From IMG/VR virus record IMGVR_UViG_3300012929_000019, positions 1 through 60,409 of that record: DNA of 60,409 nucleotides; one strand, given 5' to 3'. This DNA comes from a virus (taxonomy: Duplodnaviria > Caudoviricetes). The translations under genes were made by a program, and so were the position numbers. This document shows positions 36,101 through 46,031 of the stretch, piece after piece. Every line of letters starts with the position of its first letter. Position 1 is the stretch's first letter. The notes under the pieces are model-generated. The model did not search any database. It was not told the origin of the DNA and was given only the letters and a program-made list of their open reading frames with translations.

Positions 36101-38263
36101 ATGGCCCGCGATATCACCAAAAGTCTCCTCACTCATGACCTTAAAAAATCACAGCTTCTCATGCTTGCCGATCTCACAAATTCCGGCTTGACCACCCATC
36201 AGGCACATCTTCTTCGCTACGCACCGTGTACCGAAAGTGTACTTAATCAGCTAATCGGGCGCCCGGTTGGAGGCGGCTACGAGCTCCCTTATCACGACTT
36301 TCATGGAAAACCCCTCGATTTTTCGCGCTACAAGCTCTTTACCCCGGTCAAATTCAAGACCTCCACCATGAAATATTGGCAACCGCCGGACTCTTCACCG
36401 CGCCTTTACGTGCCGCCACTCATCGATTGGCAGGCCGTGATCGCCGATCCGAAGCTCGAGGTTTGGGTCACCGAGGGCGAAAAGAAGGCCGCTGCCCTGT
36501 GCGCGCTCAAGGTTCCATGCGTCGCCGTATCTGGGGTCTGGGCGTGGACGAGCAAGAAATTTCAGCAGGCCATCATCCCAGAATTAAGGTTGCTCTGCCC
36601 CAGGCCATTCGTGCTCTGCTTTGACTCCGACGCCAATGAGAACCAGATGGTCAAGGGCGCGCTCACCGCGCTCGCCATCGAGATCGAGCGGTCAGGCGGC
36701 ACCGTTGAGCTTTGCCAACTGCCAAAATTCAAGGAAGGAAAGAAGACCGGGCTCGACGACTTCTTGGTGCACCATAAGAAGAAGGCATTGCAGCGCTTGG
36801 CGGAGCTCGAGAAGGAGCCACTCGGCCTGTCGGCGGCCTTAGAATCGTTGAATCAAGAGCTGATGTGGGTAGAAGAGCAGCAGTCGTTTTTTCATCTTAC
36901 GACCAAGAAGTTCGCTACCGCGCAGCTGCTGATCACCGCCATCCTAGCGCCCCTTCAGGTGACGATCTACGATCGCGCAGGACGGCCAAAACTAGTCAAG
37001 GTGGTAGAGGAATGGATCAAATGGCCGAATCGCCGCATCGTGCCGGCGCTCACCTACGCGCCTGGAAAGCCTACCATCTTAGAAGACGGCGCGTACAACC
37101 TGTGGAAGGGCTGGGGCATCGAGCCGCGCGAGGGTGATACCAAGCTCTTCGATGAATTTCTTGATTACCTCACAAAAGACATCTCATCTGAGCAGCGCAC
37201 ATGGTGGCTCCAGTGGATGGCATATCCATTGCAACACCCTGGCACTAAGCTGCTGCAAGCTTGCGTGATGTATTCACACCACCAGGGCACGGGCAAGACG
37301 CTCTTAGGTTATACCCTAGGGAGGATCTACGGCGATAATTCTATCGAAGTATCGCAAGCTGAGCTCCATTCATCATTCAATACCTGGGCGCGCTGCAAGC
37401 AGTTTATCATCGGCGACGAGATCACTGGCTACGATAAGCGCAGCGACGCTGATCGCTTGAAGCACATGGTTACACGCAGCAATATTACTATCAACGCGAA
37501 ATACCAACCAACCTACGAGCTGCCAGACATGTGCAACTACCTGCTCACCACGAACCAGCCGGACGCGATCTACCTAGAGAACACCGATCGCCGCAACTTT
37601 GTGGTTGAGACGCGCGGCAAGGCCATGCCTAACTCGTTCTATACCGCTTTCGACAAGTGCTATAAGTCAGACAAGGGCGCCGCGGCGATCTTCTATAAGC
37701 TCCTCAACGTCGACCTCACCGGGTTCGACCCCGCGGGGCACGCGCCGCAGACCCAGGCAAAAGAAGAGATGCGCCAGGTCACTGGCACAGAGGCCGACGG
37801 CTTGATACGCGATCTTCTTCAAGATCCCGCTGGTGTGCTCAAAAAGTTTGGCGCCGATGGCTGCGAGCTCTTTACCCTCGAGCAGCTGCAGACGTTCCTA
37901 GATCCCCAGCTGCGCGTCGGGCGACTCCAACTCGCGCGGGCGCTGCGCCGCGCAGGGGCGCCTGGGCCAGCCGCTACCGGGGTTAGTCCTGGGGCGATAA
38001 AGGTGCTGTACGCTGTTACCAACTGGGAGCGCTGGGCCCAGGCTACGCACTTCGACCGCGCTGCTCATTACAAAGACCGCAATCCCGCCGCCACCAAGGG
38101 CGTTGATGCCGACGCTGATTCGAAAGAGATCACCGATCCGCTGGCGAGCGCGTTGCGCGCCTTCAACCTCGCGCGCAATGAGCTCAGGCTCGCCAAGAAG
38201 AAGGCCAACGGCCACGCGAAGAAACCATCACGGCGCAAGGCGGCGTCATCCGAGCTAAATTAA
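36101..38263 (+). CDS. Primase-helicase (Toprim/DUF3854 plus SF3/D5-like helicase)
   Basis: VTEGEKKA, CFDSD, KTGLDDFL Toprim motifs; QGTGKT Walker A, IIGDEI, INAKY, TTN...A......DRR. Confidence 0.9.
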   Translation: MARDITKSLLTHDLKKSQLLMLADLTNSGLTTHQAHLLRYAPCTESVLNQLIGRPVGGGYELPYHDFHGKPLDFSRYKLFTPVKFKTSTMKYWQPPDSSPRLYVPPLIDWQAVIADPKLEVWVTEGEKKAAALCALKVPCVAVSGVWAWTSKKFQQAIIPELRLLCPRPFVLCFDSDANENQMVKGALTALAIEIERSGGTVELCQLPKFKEGKKTGLDDFLVHHKKKALQRLAELEKEPLGLSAALESLNQELMWVEEQQSFFHLTTKKFATAQLLITAILAPLQVTIYDRAGRPKLVKVVEEWIKWPNRRIVPALTYAPGKPTILEDGAYNLWKGWGIEPREGDTKLFDEFLDYLTKDISSEQRTWWLQWMAYPLQHPGTKLLQACVMYSHHQGTGKTLLGYTLGRIYGDNSIEVSQAELHSSFNTWARCKQFIIGDEITGYDKRSDADRLKHMVTRSNITINAKYQPTYELPDMCNYLLTTNQPDAIYLENTDRRNFVVETRGKAMPNSFYTAFDKCYKSDKGAAAIFYKLLNVDLTGFDPAGHAPQTQAKEEMRQVTGTEADGLIRDLLQDPAGVLKKFGADGCELFTLEQLQTFLDPQLRVGRLQLARALRRAGAPGPAATGVSPGAIKVLYAVTNWERWAQATHFDRAAHYKDRNPAATKGVDADADSKEITDPLASALRAFNLARNELRLAKKKANGHAKKPSRRKAASSELN

Positions 38264-38270
38264 AATTTAT

Positions 38271-38300
38271 TTTACATCAATAAAACTACTATAGTAGTAT
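38271..38300 (+). promoter_or_regulatory. Putative sigma70 promoter with overlapping palindromic operator
   Basis: TTTACA-N18-TAGTAT; perfect 14-bp palindrome ACTACTATAGTAGT at 38285-38298. Confidence 0.55.
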
Positions 38301-38395
38301 CGCTCGGCTTCGAAACGAACCCTCGCTTTGATCGGCGACAAATGAGGAAATTTCCATGAGATTTTTTCAACATTATTATCTGCGCGGCCCGCCCC

Positions 38396-38872
38396 ATGCT
38401 CATGACATGGACCCCCTCCTCCGCCAGCGCTCTCATCACCATGCGCTCGCCTAAGGCCCTAGCCTTCATGCCGCCCGCCGCCACCCAGCTCGTCTCCCAG
38501 CTCACCCGCCTCCGTCAACTGATGGACGACGAGGCGAAGCTCCAAGCGAAACTAGCGCCCATCACCCTCGGCATCGCCGCGCTCCGTGAGGAGCTGCTGC
38601 GCGACTTCACGGCCGCCGAGCTCGGGTCGTCGTCCGCGGGCGGGCTCAGGGTCACCAAGAAGACCAGCACCGTGGCGAGCGTCACGGACGTGCTGCTGCT
38701 GAACGCCTACCGCGCCAAGAAGCGCAACTGGGACCTGATCCCCGCGAGCGTGCCGCTGCCCGCCTGGCGCGAGCGCAACGACGCGCGGATCATCGTCCCG
38801 GGGACCGAGGCCTTCGGCCGCGTGTCGCTCGCCGTGACGCGGATCGATAAAACTCCTGCCAAGAGGTCTTAA
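38396..38872 (+). CDS. Coiled-coil phage protein (Gam/gp33-like)
   Basis: Coiled coil followed by V.D......Y....WDL.......AWRER......VPG motif. Confidence 0.5.
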   Translation: MLMTWTPSSASALITMRSPKALAFMPPAATQLVSQLTRLRQLMDDEAKLQAKLAPITLGIAALREELLRDFTAAELGSSSAGGLRVTKKTSTVASVTDVLLLNAYRAKKRNWDLIPASVPLPAWRERNDARIIVPGTEAFGRVSLAVTRIDKTPAKRS

Positions 38873-38877
38873 CCGCC

Positions 38878-39174
38878 ATGCTCATCTTGACCCGCCACTC
38901 GGGCGACAAGGTCTTCTTGATCGACCGCAGCACCGGCGCTGCCATCGCCACCATCCAGGTCATCTGGGTCGACGCCGTGGGCACCTGCGCCATCGGCGTC
39001 GACGCGCCTGGCTCCGTGCAGATCCTGCGCGACGATGCCAGGCTCAAGGTGCCGCGGGGCATCTCTGCGTGCCCGACCTGCGAGGGCGATCGCTACGACC
39101 CGGAGAGCGGTGCCTACTGCCCCACGTGCTCTGGCGACGGCGTGGCGCCCGTCGCGCTCGCGAGCGAGGCGTAG
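38878..39174 (+). CDS. csrA: CsrA/RsmA-like RNA-binding protein fused to a DnaJ-type Zn finger
   Basis: MLILTR..G....I......I.V..V.......IGVDAP.SV.ILR; C-terminal CPTCEG...CPTCSGDG. Confidence 0.8.
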   Translation: MLILTRHSGDKVFLIDRSTGAAIATIQVIWVDAVGTCAIGVDAPGSVQILRDDARLKVPRGISACPTCEGDRYDPESGAYCPTCSGDGVAPVALASEA

Positions 39175-39182
39175 GGGGCTCC

Positions 39183-39653
39183 GTGGCTCGCTACGCCAAT
39201 GCGACGACCGTGAAGCCAGAGCGGTCGCGCGAGGAGATCGAGGCGACGTTGAAGCGCTATGGCGCGACGCATTTTGGCTACGGCGCCTCGCCCTTGTCGG
39301 CGATCATCGCGTTTCAGGCCAACAACCGCATGATCCGTTTCACGTTGCCGTTGCCCTCTCAAAAGGACTTCGTCGATTATAAGCACCCGCGCTCAGGCAA
39401 TTGGAACAAGCGCAAGCCGCGCCTCGTGGAATCCTTATATGAGAGGGCGTGCCGTCAACGGTGGCGCGCGCTCGCGCTCGCGATCAAAGCGAAGCTCGAG
39501 GCGGTGGACGCTCGCATCTCGACCTTTGAGGAGGAATTTATGGCGCATATCGTGTTGCCCAACGGGCAGACGATGGCCGAGCACGCGTTGCCCTACGTCG
39601 CGGACGCGTATGCGAAAAAGAAGATGCCCCCGCTCTTAGGTTACGGGCTATGA
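39183..39653 (+). CDS. Conserved phage hypothetical protein
   Basis: GTG start; YA..TTV...RSR.EIE..L.RYGA..F...RQRWRAL.L.IKAKLEAV...ISTFEEEF.AHIVLPNG.T. Confidence 0.7.
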   Translation: MARYANATTVKPERSREEIEATLKRYGATHFGYGASPLSAIIAFQANNRMIRFTLPLPSQKDFVDYKHPRSGNWNKRKPRLVESLYERACRQRWRALALAIKAKLEAVDARISTFEEEFMAHIVLPNGQTMAEHALPYVADAYAKKKMPPLLGYGL

Positions 39654-39844
39654 CGCTCCATAATAAATTTAAAGTCGGTGATGTGGTGCGCTTGCAGAGC
39701 AGCAGTCCGTGGATGACCGTGAGCGCGATCGAGGACGGGTATTGCAAAACCGTGTGGATATCGAAAAAGGGCCGCGCGCATACGGGGACATTTGATGAGC
39801 GCACCCTCATGCTGATCCACAAAACGGACAAGGCAACCGCATGA
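39650..39844 (+). CDS. YodC/DUF2158-like small protein
   Basis: FKVGDVVRL.S..P.MTV. Confidence 0.7.
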   Translation: MTLHNKFKVGDVVRLQSSSPWMTVSAIEDGYCKTVWISKKGRAHTGTFDERTLMLIHKTDKATA

Positions 39845-40276
39845 GGCTCGTGATCTGTGGTGGAAGAGGAGCATAGATGATGCATCTATGTGTGAAGTGT
39901 ATGCATTGTAATATCCATGAGGTGGGTTGTGTGTCAACGGTAAATAATACGACATATCGTTGTAATAATCGAGAATATGTGTCGCCCGTAACTGGAGCGA
40001 TGCTGCTATGTGTAAATGTGCGTAATGATGAGGCAGCGTGTGGACGAGAAGGCAGAGGATATAAGGAGCATAGTTAAATGATAGTGACTGAATGGACGAA
40101 GGTCTGTCTTGATATTCGGCGATTAGCGCGTGATCATGGACAAGGACCTCATACGCGTGAAATCGCCGTTAAACGGCACGGCGAGAATGTCGCAGGCATT
40201 GCCGATATGGCGATGGCACGGCGTCGTTATTTCAATGTTAAATGATGAGATACGTAACACACAGGAGATCGAAGAA

Positions 40277-41185
40277 ATGAACGAGCAACGAAATAATCCA
40301 ATGCAACAGGACATTAATTTGATCAAGTACGGGATTATAGGAGTTATCGGTTTATTTTTTGTATTCTTTATCTGGCCCTTCTACTCCGTGCCCGTGGGCT
40401 CACGCGGCGTGGTCACGCAGTTCGGCGCTATTAAGGGCATCGAGCCCGAGGGGCTGCTGGTGCTCCCTCCGTGGCAGAAGCTCACGCTCTTCTCGATTCG
40501 CGCGGAGCAGGCGGACATCGAGAACGCCGATGGGGCGACCTCCGACACGCAGCCCGTACACGTTAGTTTAACGGTGCGTTATTCGATCACGCCCGATAAG
40601 GTCTCTGAGGTGTATGAGAAGTACTCGCACAACGGCAACCTAGCCTCCTATGTCGAAACGGCGACGCACGAGATCTTCAAGGCGGTGACCGCGCGCTACA
40701 CGGCGCCTGACTTGATCGCGCAACGCGCGCACGTGTCCGCCGACATCTACGCGGCGCTGGGCGCCAAGCTCGCGGTCTACGGGGCGCAGGTGATCAACAT
40801 CGACATGCGCAACTTCGCGTTTCAGGAGTCCTACATGAAGGCGATCAACTCGAAGGTGGAGCAGGAGCAGTTGCGCCTCGCGGCTGAGAACAAACTGAAG
40901 ACCGTGGAGTCCGAGCAAAAGCAGAAGGTCGCGATCGCGGAGGCCGAGGCCTCAGCCGTGCGCGCGACCGCGGACGGAGATGCGTATGCACGCGTCAAGA
41001 ATGCGACGGCGGAGGCCGAGGCGTTGAAGGTGCAAAGCGCCGCGATCGTGCAGAACCCGCAGGTCCTCGAGCTGCGCCGCATCACGGTGGACCAAACGAA
41101 GGCCGATAAATGGAACGGGCAGCTGCCGACGAACATCTACGCAAGCGCGCCGATCCCGTTCCTCAACGCAACCCCCACGCGATAG
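40277..41185 (+). CDS. SPFH/prohibitin (band 7) membrane protein
   Basis: N-terminal TM helix, V..G.RGVVT.FG, A.TSD.Q, coiled coil with AEAEA repeats, KWNG.LP. Confidence 0.9.
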   Translation: MNEQRNNPMQQDINLIKYGIIGVIGLFFVFFIWPFYSVPVGSRGVVTQFGAIKGIEPEGLLVLPPWQKLTLFSIRAEQADIENADGATSDTQPVHVSLTVRYSITPDKVSEVYEKYSHNGNLASYVETATHEIFKAVTARYTAPDLIAQRAHVSADIYAALGAKLAVYGAQVINIDMRNFAFQESYMKAINSKVEQEQLRLAAENKLKTVESEQKQKVAIAEAEASAVRATADGDAYARVKNATAEAEALKVQSAAIVQNPQVLELRRITVDQTKADKWNGQLPTNIYASAPIPFLNATPTR

Positions 41186-41653
41186 GAATGTGACATGACG
41201 ATTCATCGCCATTTTTTAATTATCGTTGGGCGTTTCAAGTTCGAGAACTGGCATTTGTATCGTCATGTCGATAAACAAAGTAAGTCAGGCAAGGCGCAAT
41301 GGTGGACCTGGGAGCGCGTGCTGTGAGTGACAACGCCGTGTTTTGTATCTGCGTCGCGGCGGTCCTTTCCGTCGCCATGCTCGCCACTCATTCACTTGAG
41401 CCGCTTTGGCTGTTGATGCTGCTGATATTTTTCTTATAGGGTCGCGGAGCCTTAAGTTAAACCGCATGGAGACTGAGATGACATCATCGACGACCGCGCC
41501 CGTCCAGGGCGACCTGTTCGACATCCTGCGTGACTTTGGCGCGTGGTGTGAAACGCACGCCTTTGATCTCGACAAATGGCAGGGGGAGGCACGAGCGCGC
41601 GGGCTCACCCTCAATAAGGACGGCAATCTAACTCAGGGTAAGGGGAAGCCCAG

Positions 41654-42331
41654 ATGAGCCAAAATAGCGATCTCAACAGGGTCATCAAAAATGCCGAGGC
41701 CCAGGGCTTTCGGTATTTCAAGAGCACGTCCGGGCATCATCAACTGTATGCGCCTAACGGGCACGATATCGTGACGCATAGCGGGACCCCGAGCGATCAC
41801 CGGGGCTTCAACAACTTCATGGCCGATCTACGCAGGGCGGGCTATATGGAACTACACACACTAGGGGACGCGATGCCTCTCATGAAAGAGCCTCCATTGG
41901 AGGAGACGAGGGAGTCAGATAAAAAGACTAAGCTGCCAACAACTGCGCTCATTACTGATTTACTCGCGCGCCATCCCGAGGGCATGGTGTACCGCGATAT
42001 TGCGGCCTACGTGCGTTCAGTAAGGCCTGAGCTCGGAAAAAGCAGCCCGTCTAACGGATTAAATAATTTGAGCAACAGAGGGGTGATCGTATCTGACCAA
42101 GGGCTGTATCGATTAAAAGAAAAAGGGGCATCGACAAAAACAAACGGCGCAACTTCTCACGCTGTTACGTCTCTTCCCGCAGCGGGGGTGCGCACTGGCG
42201 ATGCGTCGGTTGATAAAGATCTAAAGGCGCTCGACAACGCCCTCGCGGCGCTCGCATCGATAGAGTCCGTGGTGCGCAAGAACCGCGAGGTGCTGATCCA
42301 ATTTGCGAAGCTGAAGGCGATGTTGAAATGA
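41654..42331 (+). CDS. HicA-like domain fused to winged-helix DNA-binding domain
   Basis: A.AQGF......GH..L.AP.G......GTPSD.R...N..ADLRRAG; C-terminal wHTH and coiled coil. Confidence 0.6.
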   Translation: MSQNSDLNRVIKNAEAQGFRYFKSTSGHHQLYAPNGHDIVTHSGTPSDHRGFNNFMADLRRAGYMELHTLGDAMPLMKEPPLEETRESDKKTKLPTTALITDLLARHPEGMVYRDIAAYVRSVRPELGKSSPSNGLNNLSNRGVIVSDQGLYRLKEKGASTKTNGATSHAVTSLPAAGVRTGDASVDKDLKALDNALAALASIESVVRKNREVLIQFAKLKAMLK

Positions 42332-42513
42332 GAGCGTGCATAGAAGAAGAACACGACTATCAACTGATGCGGACGCATGAAGTCGATAGTCGGGGACGAG
42401 ACATCGTGCGGGTGTTCACGTACCTCGAGTGTCTTATCTGCGGGAAACAGATCGAGGACGATGGGCGTTTTGGTCGCGGGCATCGCGTCGTGTGCGAGGG
42501 GTGTGAATCATGA
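42328..42513 (+). CDS. Small Zn-finger protein
   Basis: CLICG...CEGC. Confidence 0.45.
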   Translation: MRACIEEEHDYQLMRTHEVDSRGRDIVRVFTYLECLICGKQIEDDGRFGRGHRVVCEGCES

Positions 42514-42720
42514 AGAGCCAACGCCGAGTATGGGTGTGCGAGACCTTGAGCAAGCGGGCAGGTCGCTGGGTCGTCGTGTTTGCACATAAAATGCGGGCAC
42601 CGGCATTTGAAGTAATGCGCGCCGGGCGTGCTGATTATCCGAAGGATAAATTTCGCGTCTTGGCGTACACCGATGCAAGGATGGATGATCCGTGTAACAA
42701 CCCGATGTCGAAATGACACT

Positions 42721-43206
42721 ATGGGTAAAGTCTTCGTCATCTCCGACACGCACTTCGGGCACAAGAAGATCATTGAGTTCGAGAAGGCGGCGCGCCCGTT
42801 CGCAACGATCGAGGAGCATGATCGGGAATTGGTCGCGCGCTGGAACGCGACGGTCACGCAGCGCGATACGGTGTGGCATTTGGGCGATGTATTCTTCGGC
42901 AAGGATGGACACCACGTGCTCGCAGCGCTCAACGGCTATAAGAAGCTCGTGCTCGGCAACCATGATCATTATCCGCTCGCCGTGTATCAGCAGTATTTCG
43001 GCAAGATTTTTGGCGCAGCGGAATATCAGCATTGCTTGTTGACGCATGTGCCCGTGCATGAGAGTCAGATGCATCGTTACACGAAAAACATTCATGGGCA
43101 CATGCATAGTAAATCGATCCGTGATCCGCGCTACGTGTGCGTGTCGGCGGAACACACGTGGCTTGCTCCTGTCTTAATGACCGAAGTGTTGGGAGGATTA
43201 CGATGA
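42721..43206 (+). CDS. Calcineurin-like metallophosphoesterase
   Basis: SDTHFGH, HLGD, GNHD, THVP, HGHMH. Confidence 0.9.
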   Translation: MGKVFVISDTHFGHKKIIEFEKAARPFATIEEHDRELVARWNATVTQRDTVWHLGDVFFGKDGHHVLAALNGYKKLVLGNHDHYPLAVYQQYFGKIFGAAEYQHCLLTHVPVHESQMHRYTKNIHGHMHSKSIRDPRYVCVSAEHTWLAPVLMTEVLGGLR

Positions 43207-43426
43207 ATAGCTTCGCTTATTGGGCGTGCGGGTCGTGCGGGCGCGTTGCGACGCTGAGATTTCCTTCGATATACACCCTTGACCGGATCTGCAACTGTGC
43301 ATTTCCTCATCACGTGACGCAGATGAAGCCCTTGAATGACTTAGCCAAGCTGATTGATGAAGACGAACGGCAACGTCACTTTAAACACGAACGTAGAAAA
43401 CACGAGCATCAAGAGATGCTCAAGGA

Positions 43427-43927
43427 TTGGCCCCCATGACCCGAGATCAAGCGATTGAAATCGCGCGCGAGTGCGCGAAGGCAAAGCCTCAGAGCTATTA
43501 CGCGGAGCCCTTCGAGCCGCATGAATGGGTCGTGGATGCGATGATACGGGCCGGTAACACGATGCAAACGATCACGACGGAGCGCGATCGTTTGCAGCGG
43601 GAGAATGATTTTCTGCGCGCGCTCGTGGGCAATTCCGATAAAGCGTGCGTGTATTGCGGCTTGGGGGCTGAGTCCCAAGGCCAATGCGTGTTGGGATTTC
43701 CCGGATGCTCACGCGGCGATGACCAGATGCTCTGCCGGGAAGTCGGGGTCGCGATCGAGCGCGATGAATTAAAGCCCGATGCGGAACGTTATCGCTATTT
43801 GTGCACTGAGCGACTCGGGTGGTTCTCGCGCTGGGCCCCCGTCTACGATCCCGTGAACCCGAAGCGCACGGTGAAGGAATGTCTTGATGCGATACTCGAT
43901 CAATTACGAAAAGGAGAAGCGACATGA
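43427..43927 (+). CDS. Hypothetical protein (DAERYRYL motif)
   Basis: Part of an overlapping chain of small plus-strand ORFs. Confidence 0.55.
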   Translation: MAPMTRDQAIEIARECAKAKPQSYYAEPFEPHEWVVDAMIRAGNTMQTITTERDRLQRENDFLRALVGNSDKACVYCGLGAESQGQCVLGFPGCSRGDDQMLCREVGVAIERDELKPDAERYRYLCTERLGWFSRWAPVYDPVNPKRTVKECLDAILDQLRKGEAT

Positions 43928-44398
43928 CGATTAGATCGCGAATCACGGAGATCGAATGGCGCAAGCGCTACCGCGCGCACCTGGTGTTGTGCGGGGCGGA
44001 CGATGCGATCGCGGATACCGAGATGGATGTACTGTCTCTGTATGATGGTTACGGCTACGCGTTGTCTGATTGCCCCGAGGAGGCGGCGGAGGATGAGATG
44101 GCGGAATGGAGGGACGAATGATCACAAAACCCATGCTCGTTGGCGCGGATGCCTCGCGCATGTTGCAATGTTTCCTGTATCTATTGATGCGAGATGAATT
44201 GTCAACGGGTAAGGTTGAGAAGATCATGGATCGGATACGCACGTTGCGCACAAAAAACGAAACTGTACAGTTTAGCGCAACTAGGTTGGCGGAGTATGCG
44301 GCGGAACTGGCTTTTGAGTTGCTCGGTTATGAGACGCCGCCGGGTGAATAGAGTTTGATCTGAAAAAACGTTTTAAAACCTTTAGGAGAGAATTAAAG

Positions 44399-45205
44399 AT
44401 GGCTAAGAAATCTGAGAATGGCGGCGCTCTGGTCTCGATGAAGGACCTTGAGAAGATGTACGCCCAAGACGCCAAGGCGAGCTTGGAAACCGAGCCCTTG
44501 GGCGGTGCTCCCATCATCCGCACGCGCGGCAAGAAGTTCAAGATCGACGAGCAGGTGCTGAAGGCGCCGCTGCAGGTGGTGGTGCTCGGGAGCTCACTCG
44601 TCAACGCGTGGTATGACCAGGACTACGATCCTGATTCGCCGGGAGCGCCCGCCTGCACCGCGATCGGCGAGGTGGGCAAGGAGAACGAGATGGCGCCGGC
44701 GGACACGGTGCCCGTCAAGCAGCACGCGACGTGCCGCGGATGCCCCAAGGGCCAGTTCGGCACCGCGGACAAGGGCAAGGGCAAGGCGTGCCGCAACGGC
44801 CGGCGCGTGGCGGTGATCGGCCTGAGCGATACGCGCCCTGAGCCCCAGGCGATGCTGCTCAACATCCCGCCCACGGGCCTGAGGAAATTCAGTGCCTACG
44901 TCAAGCAGATCGCGAGCGTGGCGGACCGTCCGCTCCACGGCGTGATCACTAGTTTTGACTTCGACGAGACCCAGGACTGGCCGTGCCCGGTGCCGACGTT
45001 CGTGCGCGTGATCGACGACGTGGCGCTGGCCACCAAGGCGCTCAAGGCGCGCGCCCAGGCGGTGAAGGAGCTCCTCTACGCGCCCATCGATACGAGCTCA
45101 TACGTTGGCCCTGCCGAGGCGAAGAAGGGCAAGGCGAAGCCCTCTGACACGCCTAAGAAGGGCAAGGCGAAGCCCTCTGACACGCCTAAGAAGCGGAAGT
45201 TTTGA
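44399..45205 (+). CDS. Putative ssDNA-binding / annealing protein
   Basis: P.C......C.GCP..QFG....GKGKAC.N.RR.A...L.IPPT.L..F..Y motif typical of replication-module proteins; K-rich tail. Confidence 0.6.
   Translation: MAKKSENGGALVSMKDLEKMYAQDAKASLETEPLGGAPIIRTRGKKFKIDEQVLKAPLQVVVLGSSLVNAWYDQDYDPDSPGAPACTAIGEVGKENEMAPADTVPVKQHATCRGCPKGQFGTADKGKGKACRNGRRVAVIGLSDTRPEPQAMLLNIPPTGLRKFSAYVKQIASVADRPLHGVITSFDFDETQDWPCPVPTFVRVIDDVALATKALKARAQAVKELLYAPIDTSSYVGPAEAKKGKAKPSDTPKKGKAKPSDTPKKRKF
45122..45187 (+). repeat. Perfect 33-nt tandem duplication (KKGKAKPSDTP x2)
   Basis: aagaagggcaaggcgaagccctctgacacgcct repeated twice. Confidence 0.9.
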
Positions 45206-45462
45206 CGTTGAAACGCCCACCCGTTCGTGCGGAGTTCTCAGACCTGTCGACTGAGGAGCTGGCGGAAGCCATCATGCCTCACTGGCAGCATCTAACCGTG
45301 ATGCTGCCGTCATTGGGCGAGGTCGAGGTCCACCGGCTGATCTGCTGGGAGCTCGCCAACCGTAGAAACAAGGCGATCTTGAAACGGCTCCACCAGCGCT
45401 GGACGCGCTTAAGGGCCGAGCGCGAGCGCGAGGCGATGCTGAAAGAAGGAGTGGTGCCATGA
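45202..45462 (+). CDS. Hypothetical protein
   Basis: W..L...L..L.E.E....I..E...R.....RLHQR...LRA.RER. Confidence 0.6.
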   Translation: MTLKRPPVRAEFSDLSTEELAEAIMPHWQHLTVMLPSLGEVEVHRLICWELANRRNKAILKRLHQRWTRLRAEREREAMLKEGVVP

Positions 45463-45475
45463 GAGGAGAGAGACT

Positions 45476-45844
45476 ATGAAGATATGTCTATGCGGTAGCA
45501 CGAGGTTTAAGGAGAATTTTGAGGCTATCAATGAGAAGCTTAGTCAAGCGGGGCACGTGGTGTATTCCGTAGCTTTTTTTGGCCACGCGCGGGCGGAGCC
45601 TCTTAGTTCATGGGAAAAGCAGCGGCTAGATCTCGTGCATCTGGTAAAGATCTTGGACTCTGACGCGATCTTCGTGGTCGGGTCACTAGACGGCCACACT
45701 GCCTATATCGGAGAGTCGACGCGCCGCGAGATCTTCTGGGCGCGGATGCACAGTAAGCATGAGTTCTACCAGGTACGTGGCGATATCGATCAGCTGATAC
45801 GAGAGGGCCGCCATATGGTTGCTAACGTGGAGGAATCATCGTGA
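45476..45844 (+). CDS. Nucleoside deoxyribosyltransferase-like / flavodoxin-fold protein
   Basis: ICLCGSTRF...H..KI..SDAIFVV....YIGESTRREI. Confidence 0.6.
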   Translation: MKICLCGSTRFKENFEAINEKLSQAGHVVYSVAFFGHARAEPLSSWEKQRLDLVHLVKILDSDAIFVVGSLDGHTAYIGESTRREIFWARMHSKHEFYQVRGDIDQLIREGRHMVANVEESS

Positions 45845-46031
45845 TTAAATCAAAAGTGGAGGACGTGATGACTGAGCGCGGGTGCCACCCGGGCCGTCCA
45901 CAGCTCGTGATGACGCAATACCGCCGCCACATCTTGAGCGCCAAGAAGAGGTACGGCTCGGCGCGCTCGCTCATTCATTACCGCCGATTCATCGAGAGCT
46001 ACCTGTGGGCGAAGCGGCAGGTGCTGGCCAA

